This document shows positions 24,587 through 48,326 of a stretch of 64,000 nt of DNA, in pieces. This DNA comes from Mytilus trossulus (taxonomy: Eukaryota). The stretch is from NCBI RefSeq assembly GCF_036588685.1, contig NC_086385.1, positions 27,365,216-27,429,215 of the forward strand, read 5' to 3'. Numbering within the stretch: the first letter of the stretch is position 1; the number at the start of each line of letters is the position of its first letter. Under the pieces are notes generated by a model. It had not been told where the DNA came from. It saw only the letters and a program-made list of their open reading frames with translations, and did no database searches. The position numbers and the translations under genes are program-made.

Positions 24587-27500
24587 TTAGTTGTCACACT
24601 GAATAAGAGGAACTGTGTCTGGATCTTGCAAGCCCTTTACGGTTTCCCATTTATCCTCTGCATCAGACGAGGTGTAATCAATTCCCATAGTAACTAAAAA
24701 TACATATAAAAAAAAACAAATGCATTATTCGACATACATCTGTATTATGAATAAATGAGTTATTTAATGATCGCAAACAAAAGAGAGAAACAATTAATAA
24801 TCGATTTATTTAAATGTTGTTTTTTGTTATTTTGGCAATTGAGTAATACCGACCAGTCAATCGCAAAATTATCACATTAAATGAACTAGCATGTCTACAC
24901 CGAATGGTGAAAACGTTCTAATAGTACATATATTGTAAAAGGAACACACAAAACATAATCAACAGAAGCCACACGAGTAGTTATGTGCAGCAGTATTACA
25001 GGAAACATATAACATTCATAGCTTTTGGTAAATTCTGTAATGGATATTGCGGTCCTTCTTTTAATGCATTATATTAGTTGCTAGAAATGTATATATTGAG
25101 AAGAAATTCACTTGATCTTGTATTGTTATTGGATAGTACTATATCAAATGGTTTGGCATCTGTTTCACATTTAACTTATGTTTGCAAAAATCGACTCATT
25201 TATAACAAAACTTCCCCCTTTGTGATCACTAAAATTAGATATAACACCAGGTTTTACTAACATAAACAAGTCAACGGCTGCTTACCATTCCAGAACATCT
25301 GGGATCACCCCAGGTTTTTGGTTTTGTTCTTGTTACCTATGGTATTTAGTTTTTTTATGTTTTTTTATAGTTGTTTTGTTTGTCCTTTTTGCTTGATTGT
25401 CATGGCGTTCATCTTAATAATTTGAACGATTCAAAAGAAACTTTTTGCCAAAGTGAAACATCATGTAAATTATTTATCAACAACAGTACTTAGACAGTGT
25501 GAAATTCCATCAGACACCACACTCCATTGTTTTAAATCATATATTATGCTTTACTTGGAAGTTTACATTCTCGGCATTGTTAGTGGCATTTTTCAGTCAC
25601 ATTTTTAGAAGCATTTGTTGGTAATGTTTTTGAAAAAAAACTATAATTCATTTATAAGTTTCGGAGTTTAGTTTGATATCCATTTTCGTTAAGCGCGTAT
25701 ACATTTTTGTTTAGGGTTCATCTTTAATCCGCACCTGGATGCAGGATTTTCTGGCCGTGTTGAATACCCAAATGGGGGTTTTGGGTTGTATTCTGCTCTT
25801 TGATTTTTATACCTTTTTCACATTTATCTTCCTCTTGTCCATTACGTGTTTGTCGTCTACATAGTACGCAGGAACACATCAATATACCAGCTACAGCACA
25901 TTCTGCTGAGAAACCTTGGGCTAATCCTTCTGTCATTAACTCTGAAAATTATTTATACTGCATTAAACAGTGCTGTTCCTCTTTTGCTTTGACAATCATT
26001 GTTACTATTAAAACATTTGTTCAAATGCAGATAAGGAGATATTGAAATTTTCTAAATATGTGTATACATGTCAAAAAATTTAAGAACCACCATTATATCA
26101 ATTTTCACACTAGTTCGAGTGGTCATTTTGTTTGAGAATAAGAATTGCGGTTGATTGTTCGTAGCCTGAAATAAAAAGAGCTTTATTTGTTGAATTTTCT
26201 TTGTTTAGGAAGTTAAATACAAATCCTTATGGTTTAGTCTATAATTTTCCAAATAATACACAGTATGTATTCGATTTCGTTTTCATATGTTTTAGATATT
26301 TTTTTTAAATATTACAAACATGTTCGGAAAAAGGAATTTACAGAAAGACATCAAATTCGTGTATTTTTTAATAGTGTGATTGATTGGTAAGTTATTTGAC
26401 AATCAGTGGCAGTCACCTTTTTTTTTTATCTTACTCATGATCGAAGCAAATTAAATAGTAAGACATTGAATATGGTATAAAGAGAATCTTTTCACATTAA
26501 ATGCAAGTCAATGTGATCATATTCTAAATGCAATGTTCCAGAATGTACGGGAAAGAAAAGAAAAACGAAACTCACTCGAGCATTTGGGTCTGTATGTGGG
26601 ACATGCACAACAGTATCTTCCTGTCAGCCGTTTCCTACGGCGACAGTTGACACACAAATAAATTCCTACTGCTGTGAGGACAAACATACCAACGATTCCA
26701 CCTGCTATTCCACCAATCAAGCCATCTAAACATAAAAAATGGCATATGAGCATAATGTAAACAGTTAAAGGCATTTCAGAAACTCAATGTCATCGAAATC
26801 TGCACTTGTTCGAGTGTAAGTACTTATCCCTTAAAATCTAACAGTAGTATGAATATGATAAAAGAACGTTTTATTTTATTTAATGAAGTTGTAAATAGGG
26901 CACCCCCCCTGAAGTCTTCAATTTTCCTTCAATGTGTAGTAAGATTGAAATGTTATAGTAACAGTGGGTTTATGTTGCAGTCTTGCAATAGATTGTTCTA
27001 TAGGCTTTGTGCAAACAGCTAGTTATTTGAAGTATAAATATACAATACAATGATGCTACATACATTTTTTTCCAAGTTAATATCATGCATGTAGTATTGA
27101 GAAATTTGGAATCATGAAATAACCTTAGTATATAATAGAAATAAAAATACTTACAATTGTATTCCCATTTTGTTTCAATTTGAATACTAAAAGTATCATT
27201 TAGTTTGTCTGGAATCAATTCCTGTTGTTTTCTGTCATCATATCTGTTATAACCATTATTCTCACGTTTTGATTTTTTTAATTCAAACGAAACATGATTA
27301 ACATCGGTTAAACATCGTGAAAATATTCTCCTATATGAGTTGCCTGAACAGTCTTCTCCTAGTATCTTAAAAGAATGAAAATAGTACCAAAAACCTTAGA
27401 TAAGGACGAATACATAATTAACGAAGAAGTCAAATATAACAATCAGAAAGGTTTAATGATGGCTTTTGCTTGTTTTAAGATTGTAACACGGTGATGACTG

Positions 27501-29478
27501 CTGCACCCATATTTTTACTATTTTATGTTTTACGTCTGTTTTATTCACTCATCGTTGTAAATATAACGGAATTTAATAAGACTGTCGTACACGTGAGCAG
27601 TTTAGCGCTATAATACCAGGATCAGTCCACCATTTTCTACATTAGAACATTCATGTATAGCACAGTTGTTGTCCATTCATGTTTATTGTTATTTGATTTT
27701 GCCATGTGATTATGGACTTTCCGATTGAATTTTCCTCGGAGTTCAGTATTTTTGTGATTATACTTTTTATACATTTATTAAAATATAACGGTCAAATTTG
27801 TTTTTGGTTATTTTCCAAACAAATGATGCATTAAATAACACAGATAAAATTCGTATCACAACCGTGTTACATATTCTAGTCTGCTTTGAGACGTCTTGTC
27901 GTTGTACAATTTATTAAGTAAGCTATGTAGATAACTTATACTTTCCAAACGGTAAAGGCTTGCAGAAAAAATAGGAGAACGAACACGATACTTGTATACA
28001 TTTACAGTGATTTCATATCCAAATGCCTAGTTGTTGATTTTGTTTGACGAACTCGATGACAAGAAAATGATGATCAGAACTAATTGATTTGACGAAATAT
28101 GTATTATCCATCCTCCAGCATGAATCCAATGTCATCAGACATTTTCATAAGCCTTATACATACAAACATACAAAATACATATTCAACTGTGAATTTTAAA
28201 TGAATTTTGTGACCTGCATTTTTGAATAAATGATAATTATACTGACTACGTCCTCTTTCAAAGTAAACATCAATTCATACTTATAATATAATAAAACAAA
28301 TTCTAAAATAAATAAACAATCATTATAATTATCATTATTGGATAATGACAGACTCGCTGGTCTTGTGGTTAAAACTTGTTAAAAGTAAAATCACAAAAAT
28401 AACGATCGCTGAGGAAAATTAAAAAAGAAAAGTCCACAATGGTGCTTCACCGCTAAGCATGCGGCATTAAGTAGTAATAACAACTACTGGTATATTTATC
28501 TCATTATTGTTTTCGTCCTACCGTTACTTCGCTTTTAATTCATATCTGTACAATATATATTACCTCATCATAATGATAATCAAAGTCGTTGTAGTCAGAC
28601 CAATACCACTTGAAGTTAACTTTACTCTGACACTTTGGGCTACTGTAGTAAAGTTCTTTCATGCACATGGTATATGAATAGAAAGCATATTTTGGAGTTA
28701 TGAATGATATTTGTCTACATTCCCGGCTGCCAAAATCACCGTCAAACTTCATGATAGCCATGCTAGTTTCATCAACAAGATATGGATCAGAGACACATGT
28801 ATCAATTGGAAAAGCATCTGACAAATCATAAACAAAGTTAATATTCAACTTGAAGGGAAAACGTTTGATTATACACAGATAAATTAGATACATTTTACAT
28901 AACTGTGGATTCCTCATTTTCCGTGGGGTACCAATTATCGTGGGTTCATGGAAACAGATAATCAACGAATCTTTTTTTATATGAGATTGTATGCAGACGT
29001 TTGATGAACCACGAAATCAAATACCCACGACGTTTGTTTTACTCCACGAAAATTGTAACTCACAAAAAATATAGAATCCACAGTACGTCATATTTTATTG
29101 GATCTTCGAACAATCTAAAGGCGAAAGATAACAAAAAGGTAATTTACACTCATAGATAACGAATTCACTGTTGTGTTCAATCAATGTTAGTTTCAACATA
29201 TTTATTTGTAGTGGATTTTGAAACAAGTTAAAACAATTTATATACATTCCGTTCCACTTAGATGTTGCGAGTGTTCATTAATCTATTGATGCGGTCCTGT
29301 TAAAATTTTAATTTATGTACATTTAACCTCAAATCTTACCATCAGTACTGAATTGATAGAAGATGCGTCAAATAATCATATAAGAGAAAACAGAAATAGA
29401 CATACATGTCACTGGAGTTTTTCCATGGCAGATATGGACTGATATCACCAACATCACGGCCATCGCAGCAGCGGACAT
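24587..29478 (-). CDS. Uncharacterised signal-peptide, Cys-rich membrane protein, paralogue B (307 aa predicted)
   Basis: Coding exons 29478-29406, 28817-28564, 27365-27155, 26725-26576, 25941-25813, 24693-24587. GT-AG introns with the same phases as paralogue A (924 nt total). Alternative in-frame ATG at 29490. Confidence 0.87.
27470..27768 (-). repeat. Interspersed repeat (family also at 20045-20110, 28380-28440, 44765-44920, 59310-59505)
   Basis: Shared AAAATCACAAAAATACTGAACTC.GAGGAAAAT.CAA..GGAAAGTCC motif. Confidence 0.7.
28903..29083. mobile_element. ~180-bp MITE at a TA-type site
   Basis: Termini CTGTGGATTC / GAATCCACAG(TA). The paralogous intron of gene A (~19010-19090) aligns across an empty site. 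Confidence 0.8.
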
Positions 29479-31030
29479 TTTCAAAGCCATGATCTCTCTG
29501 AAAGTTAAGCAAAAACTGCATTCCAAAAATATTTTAAATTTCTTTAACTAACTTACATGTTGTCTGTATGTACTCTATTTAATTTGCGATAACCGATTTT
29601 TTTTTTCAATTCGAAGGACATAATCCTGTTATCCTCTCAAAATATTCAAGTTTTCGATATTTTTTCATTTCTAGCTTGACATTCTGAGTTGCAACTTTGA
29701 AGTGTGACAGTTAGCAATGTCAAGTTGAAGCTTAGAAATGTAAAAATATGGATCATTAAAAGGGAAATTTTAACAATATAATGTCACTACAAATGTTTGG
29801 TAGTAATGTGTATTTTAATTAACAGATACAATTTCATATCTTTGAGACATCAGTAAAGTATTTTCCTATCACGATGTGTTAAATGAATGTATAAAAAACA
29901 TGTTACTCCTCTTTGGTCAGATTGTTGTCTCACATCCCCAATTTCGGGATTTTCTAGTTTTTGAGAATTTTTTATTTATAGCTTGAGAGAAAATCCTGAA
30001 ACCGGTGATGGTTCTTAGCTGGCCCTTAAATCAAATTGTGTACTATTTCAGTGACAATGGAAGTCACTCTTAACTCTAAAACATTTAAATAAACTTAAAT
30101 AAAATAAAAAAATTTATACAAGACTAACAACGGACAGGGGCCTGGCGCAGAAATTGCGGTGTGTTTAGACATGTTTTGTGAGATGTCAACACTCTCCCTA
30201 TACCTCTAGCTTATGTAGAAAAACATTCATAACAATACACACAGTAATACTCAGTTCAATAGAAAGCCGAGTCCGATCTCAGAATAAGAAACAAGAGAAA
30301 CTAACCAAAAAATGATACATAAATTAACAAAGGACTTCTAGCAGTTACTGACATGCTAGCTCCATACCTCAATTAAATTAATTCAAAGATTACGTTTTTT
30401 CATCAAATGAAATTCAGGCACAATCCCTCTCGTTTGGGTGTCATATGATAACATCATAAACTACATTAGAAAAACATAACCCATATCATACCATTGTATT
30501 AAAATAACGTTTATTATTATTGGAATAATAAAAGTTAAAATAGACCAACATATTGTGTTTTGTCGTATATATTACAATCTATTTTGTACATGCATTTATC
30601 TTTTTTTTCCAAACGCTCACCTCATAAATTTGGTTGGTTTGATTAACAAATCAGACGCATACTAAGCATTGCTCAACTAGAAAAACTCAAAAAATTAAAC
30701 AATAAAGGTTAAGCTATTTCATAATTGTAAAAAGTTTAAAACGAATAAGTAGCACAATATGAGTTATAGTTATAATCATGTTATGTGGTTATAAATCTAG
30801 ACGACTAAGATTCGGACGATTAATAGTTTATTCAGATATGGGTGTGATGTCAAATATGTGTATTGCTATCAAAGGTTTCAGGTAAACAATTGAAGAATTT
30901 CACACCTGATAACTCATATAAATCAGGTTCGCCTTCAATCGTCTGGTATATTTTATCTTTACCTGTACCACCTGTGAATTGAAGTGCAGACAATAATACA
31001 ACTAGTACGAAACCGTAACGACCGCCTTAC

Positions 31031-31231
31031 CTTGGATAAGAGTTAAAAATCGAATTGTATACTCCCCCCCCCCCCCCCCCCTTGTACGTTTGTTATGCAT
31101 GCAACGTTTAATTGTTTCCCTGTACAAAACCACTACGTTGATATGTTTATACAAGATATCTAATCATTAAATGATAACATGAAGTACACGTATAGTTTGT
31201 TAACTGAAAGTTAAAAATAACTATGACACAG
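31031..31231 (-). promoter_or_regulatory. Probable non-coding first exon / proximal promoter of paralogue B
   Basis: Donor ATCCAAG|GTAAG at 31031; homologous to 19853-20032. Confidence 0.6.
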
Positions 31232-32186
31232 TTAACAGTCACTTTAGTTTATATTGACATGAAAGGTGAAGGTTATATTCGTCTATCTATCAGAGATTGT
31301 GAAAATTTCAGTGGTATCCTGGTACCTTTGATAACTAATTATATAGCCTGTCAACACTAAATGACTAAATAGACTAATCAGGTGTTATTATTCTAAGGAC
31401 ATAATTCAAGTGTTAGAAGTTATAACTCAAAATATTGTCAAGTACACTACAAACGTTGCTCTCGGGGGACACATACTGTAACATCAGTTAAGTTTGAGTC
31501 CATTGATATTTGTCATGAATTTCTGAGCATGAATAAGGAAAATATAAAACACTTAATTAAACATTATTTTGAATGAAATATTACTGTCAATGTCATAAAA
31601 TGAAGACATGCATTCATATGTTCATGTCAATGTATTCTGCCGTATTTGACTGTTTAACTTAGATTTCAGCCTTCAGAAGAAAAAGAAACTAGAACTGCAG
31701 AATATAACAAGCATAAGCAACAGTTTGAATTTTTAAGAGTTTTACAAGGTTTATTTGTTAAATTGAGAGAGAACTAGAAGTATATTGACCGTAAAACTAG
31801 TGAAAAATATCTTTAGATAAAATAAAAGAGAAATTAATGAAGAATAAATTATTCTAATTCAATCAGATTAACATCAAAAAGATAATCTTACCTGGCAGCC
31901 GGTTTAATTTAATTACGGTCATGGTAAAGATTTCTAGACAGATGCTTGATAATCCTCTAATTGATAAATTGTTGTTCATTTTGTTATTGTCAATTGTACC
32001 CTACCTGTTCTGTAGAAGAGTGCATACAACATACGCGTCTCTTATAAAAACATCTTTTTCAATACATAAATACCATTCTCGAAAAAAAACATTTTGCGAA
32101 GGAATATTCCTTGATAAATAGTACTAGCTATGTTTTGAATTTCATTTATTGCATTCTAACGATTTGGTATAAATACTACATCGATA

Positions 32187-43536
<11,350 letters not shown>

Positions 43537-43835
43537 CATGATGATATATGCCATAACTGATCATGAAGCCACTGATTGCAATAAACTTATAAACAAATGC
43601 TGATTATTGTGAAGTGGCGTATAAAAGTACAGAAAGACCCGTTGATTTTAATTATGTATTAAAAAATATATAACCAGCATTTTAAGACTTTCAATTAAAC
43701 ATAAGAAAAATAAAGAATATCAAAACTGAGGAGAAAAAGCATAACACACTAACGGATGAAACATTACTAAAATAAAAACATACTGAATGCTATAAAACAG
43801 GAACAGCTTACATTTATAAAGGACAATTATCTTTG

Positions 43836-44193
43836 TAATAATTACATTAGATGTAAGTTTCATTATAATACGTTATTCTGATTGGCTAACATGTTATTCC
43901 GTAAACAATTGCATCAGACAATAACATTTATCATGCATGATGACACGAGGTCCCACAAAAAAGTGCACAGGTGAATTAAATAAAACTGGATAAAAATCGT
44001 GTTTTCATGATTTTAGCTTAAAAAATGTAATTATAAGTATTGAATACTTCTTTTGGAAACTTTATAGGGTTGTAAAAGCGTTGACCGTGCGTACATTTTT
44101 AGAATGAAGCGCTTCCGCGCTTCATACAAAATGTACATCGGTCAACGCTTTTACCACCCAATAAATTTACAAAAAGAAGCATTCAATTCTTAA
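43836..44193. mobile_element. ~355-bp non-autonomous element with a long terminal hairpin (copy 1 of 3)
   Basis: Near-identical to 56066-56430 and 45931-46261. The last ~160 bp form an imperfect palindrome centred on TGAAGCGC-TTCC-GCGCTTCA. Confidence 0.85.
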
Positions 44194-45440
44194 TTGAAAG
44201 CGTTAAGTGTCAGACACTGCCAATTCATAAAGTATCGATACAACTAAAATATGACTTAAAATTTGATACACACCATTCAAAACAAAATACAAAATAACGA
44301 ACTCATAGGAAAATTAAAAAATGTAACTAAGTGATTTAAGCCACATTACATTTATTAAATGGAATAAAAAACTAATTGCAATCAAGAACATTAATAAACA
44401 ATGAACAATAGAACACAAATTAAACAGAAAATTGTTTATAGCTTTTCAAAATGAGGGGCATAATTATGTTAATGAAGTTTATATCTGACGATCTAATAGC
44501 TTTAATGTTAAAAGATAATCACTTACGAAAAGAGCTGCTAATACCCAAAAAGCTGCTTTCGCTTGGAAATTTGTTGACAGGAATGAAAACGATTCATTAT
44601 TTGAATCACTTCTTCATGAGTAATACTTTTTAGATGGATCATTAAAGTATTATTATCGATGTCAACTAGTGAAAAATAAACCTGAACAGTACAAAGCCAC
44701 CATTTGTAAATCTAAATTAACATGTAAACATCTCAGATATATTTTACATCCAATTATTCAAAGTAAAAAGTAAAATCACCGAAATACTGAACTCAGAGGA
44801 AAATCCAATCGGAAAGTCAATAATTACACGACAAAATCAAATGTCAAAACACATCAAAAACAAATGGACAAGAACTGTTGTACTCCTGTCTTGGTACATG
44901 CATTTTCAAATGTAGAACATATTCTTTGCAACGCACAAAAAATCCCAAAAATATGAACCCATTGACAAACAGAGATTTAAATTATTGGTCAAATCCAACG
45001 ATGTACCTATTATAAATTAACCAAGGATGTCAACTGAGGAATAACGTTTCATCTTGGTACATATTAATCGAAAAAAGGTGAAACAAAATAGTAAAGTGAA
45101 ATCCAATTTGTCATATCAAGTTTACAGCGTATGACAACTATTTTGTAAAATGGTCTAATGTATATACAAGTGATGCTCATACTTCATTAGGAATAAATTT
45201 TATAACATTAGAACACATTACTTAATACAGGATGGCGTCAAAGATGTCAAAAACTCATCGAAAATATAATAAAAATATGATTTGGTACACTAGAAACACA
45301 TATCGTCTTCTTCCGATTCCCGATTCGACAGTAACACGCTAATCAGAAAAGAATGCATATGAGCTCAAATATGAATTTGAAGAGCAATAATAACAGGAAA
45401 TTGTAAAGACGTAAACTGTTTTATGGAATCTTTATATTCG

Positions 45441-45486
45441 AGCGTCATTGATGAGTCTGTTATAGACGAAACACGCGTCTGGCGTT
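45441..45486 (+). ncRNA. Type I hammerhead ribozyme motif (C3U variant), retrozyme-like repeat end
   Basis: Stem I AGCGTCA/TGGCGTT; core TTGATGA; stem II GTCT/AGAC; GAAAC; stem III AC-ACGC-GT; GUC cleavage triplet ending at 45479. Confidence 0.72.
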
Positions 45487-45930
45487 AATATATATTTTTT
45501 TAATCCTGGTATCTATGATGAGTTTATTTATCAATGACCCCTTTTAAAAAATAGCAATTTTTAACCTCAGGTAAACATAATCAAGATAAAGACAAGATTC
45601 GAAAGCTATATAGAATTACTGGGAACGGATGCAAAATGTTTACAAAGGTTATAGAGATAATTTCATGTACACATTATTCAGTACGGATTTTGACATGAAC
45701 ATTTGTTTAATCCTCTAATAAGTGGAAACCAACGTTAACTGATCACCAATCATTGTTGATAAAACAATTATAATAATGCATGCTAAAATGTATTTAACAC
45801 ACTCTTATGGAAATTTGAAAATATCGGAGGACATGTACATTTGAATTGCAATAAAGAACTAAAAGGGTCATTTTATCTTGGTCAAAATAGAAATATGGTA
45901 TTTGATAAATATTGAATAGTTTTATATTAG

Positions 45931-46261
45931 AATAATAACATTAGATGTATTGTTCATTAAAATAGAATATTCAGATTGGCTAACTGCACATCACATGTTA
46001 TTTTTTAGGCAATTGCATTACACAATAAAACATAACATTCATGATAACACGAGGTCCCACAATAGAGTCCTAAGGTGAATTAAATAAAAAAAAAATGATA
46101 AAATTCGTGTTTCCATGATCCTAGCTAAAACATGTAATTATAAGTAATGAATGTTAATATGGTTGTAAAAGCGTTGACCGTGCGCACATTTTTAGAAAAA
46201 TGTACTTCGGTCAACGCTTTTACACCCAATGAAGTTACAAAAAGAAACATTCAATTCTTAA
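45931..46261. mobile_element. Hairpin element copy 2 (internal deletions)
   Basis: Aligns to 43836-44193 but lacks the innermost hairpin. Confidence 0.82.
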
Positions 46262-47789
46262 ATAATAGTCATATTGTAATGTGTGCTATATTCTGAATAT
46301 AAACAAATACTTAGATGTGGTATGAGTGCATACCAGACATATATCCATTATAACACTACTAACTTATGTAGATATGAAGAACCCAAGGTCAAGGTACGGC
46401 CTTCAACATGTATTTAACATAAATTTAATTGCGTAATTGTCAAACGGTTAACAGACATCACTATTCATCTATGAAAAACGGATTTGCGCATGCTATAACT
46501 CATATAGAATTGAATGATCATTTGGCATATACATGTACGCATCTTGAATAAATCAAAACATCACAGGAAACATCATAGGAAATGGAGAGCTATTTATGTA
46601 GTCATGTATTATAAATGACAAAGGACGGAGAGATCAGGGATTGATAAAAAAAACACCAGAGCTGAATGTTTTTTTTTTTTTTTTATTTATTTACGATTAT
46701 TTACGATTTCAATGACTTATAATATGAATTTTTGATGACTTATGTTCGCTTCGTATTCATAATTTTTTATTTGCTGTAAATAAGTATTGTAACGTATTTC
46801 GTAGTGATTTTGTTTAAAGAAATGATAGTGTTTTTCATAATCTAAAACAATTTAAGAACCAACTTAACAAATTCTTAAAATGTTTAGACTTCGACTATTC
46901 TTATCATCATATATTCCGACCGATCAACATTGTACTTTTGTGGTATGCTGCTATATGTGTAGATTTGAAAACACGTTATATGATTAGCCTACTCACAGGT
47001 GAACATGGTGTTTAAAACTAGGTTTTTCATCCAATTTTTGAAAGCCATTGAATTTATAACTTTCCGATTTATTTTTGTATACACAAAGGACATAAAAACT
47101 GAAAAAAATAGAAACTGGTTAAGTCATCCATTATTGTTAAAATTTCATCCAAATAAGAACAAGTTGAGCTTTCAACAGACATTCCGTGACTAATGTTTAA
47201 TTACTTTTTCCTGTTTTTATTTAACTGACGAGTTGTTATACTAGTCCTCTTGGTATTAACCACATATATTTGAGTTTCACATTGATCATGCGTTTTTGTG
47301 TCATTCATCTCGGGATTAACTGTATAATATTTAATGAAGAAGAAGGCCAGGATAATTTTTATGCAGATTTATTATTTAATTCCATCGGTTGTTTTGTATG
47401 CTTTTTTTCATCCTTTTAAACAACTATTTCTCTAATTTTGTGTTGCATAATGTTTTTTTTTCTTCTTCAAATTTATATATTCTAAGTTTTTGCCCGGTCA
47501 GTTCATTCATGGTATTCATATTCCAATTATAACTGCCCACAGTAATTCGTATATCTCACGAACTAGTTGCAAATACAATTGAGATACATAATTTCTAATG
47601 CTCGTTATGTAAATAATAAAAGATGATTAAATTTTACCTTTTTTTTCTTTTGAAGAGATGTTAAATTGCTCTTTCTTTTATATAACCCTTTTTCCTTAGT
47701 TCTTTGGTCACCTCATAATACAATAGATTTTAGAGATTATGATGTTGAATAAAACGGTTTCATTTTAAATGTACGTATTGTTATACGTT

Positions 47790-48127
47790 GACTTTTTTAC
47801 ATTGACTAGAGGTATAGAGGGAGGGTTGAGATCTCATAAACATGTTTAACCCCGCCGCATTTTTGCGCCTTTACCAATTCAGGAGCCTCTGGTCTTTATT
47901 AGTGTTGTATTATTATAATTTTAGTTTCTTGTGTACAATTTGGAAATTAGAATGGCGTTCATTATCACTGAACTAGTATATATTTGTTTAGGGGCCAGCT
48001 GAAGGACGACTCCGGGTGCGGGAAGTTCTCGTTACATTGAAGACATGTTAGTGACCTTCTGCTGTTTTTTTTCTATGTTCGGGTTGTTGTCTCTTCGATA
48101 CATTCCCCATTTAAATTCTCAATTTTA
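47790..48127 (+). repeat. Interspersed repeat (longer copy of the 2057-2200 family)
   Basis: Direct similarity to 2057-2200; inverted similarity to ~29985-30230. Confidence 0.75.
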
Positions 48128-48326
48128 TCAATTCACTGCAAACGTTGATTTTGAGGATGAATCTTGATAATGAATTTCTGGTTATAAGAAAGTTGGAATA
48201 GGTATATATACACCTTAACCATAAATGAATTTGAAAATCATATTAACTGTTTATGTCATAAAAACAATCTGTACATGTTCATGTTAGTATCAACTTTCTA
48301 ACTTTACACGCTTAATTAACTGATAA

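Noticed and set aside
32099-32118. Palindrome AAGGAATATTCCTT next to TGATAA as a kappaB-GATA module
   Set aside because: It lacks the GGG start of a canonical kappaB site and is not conserved in the aligned FREP2 upstream sequence.
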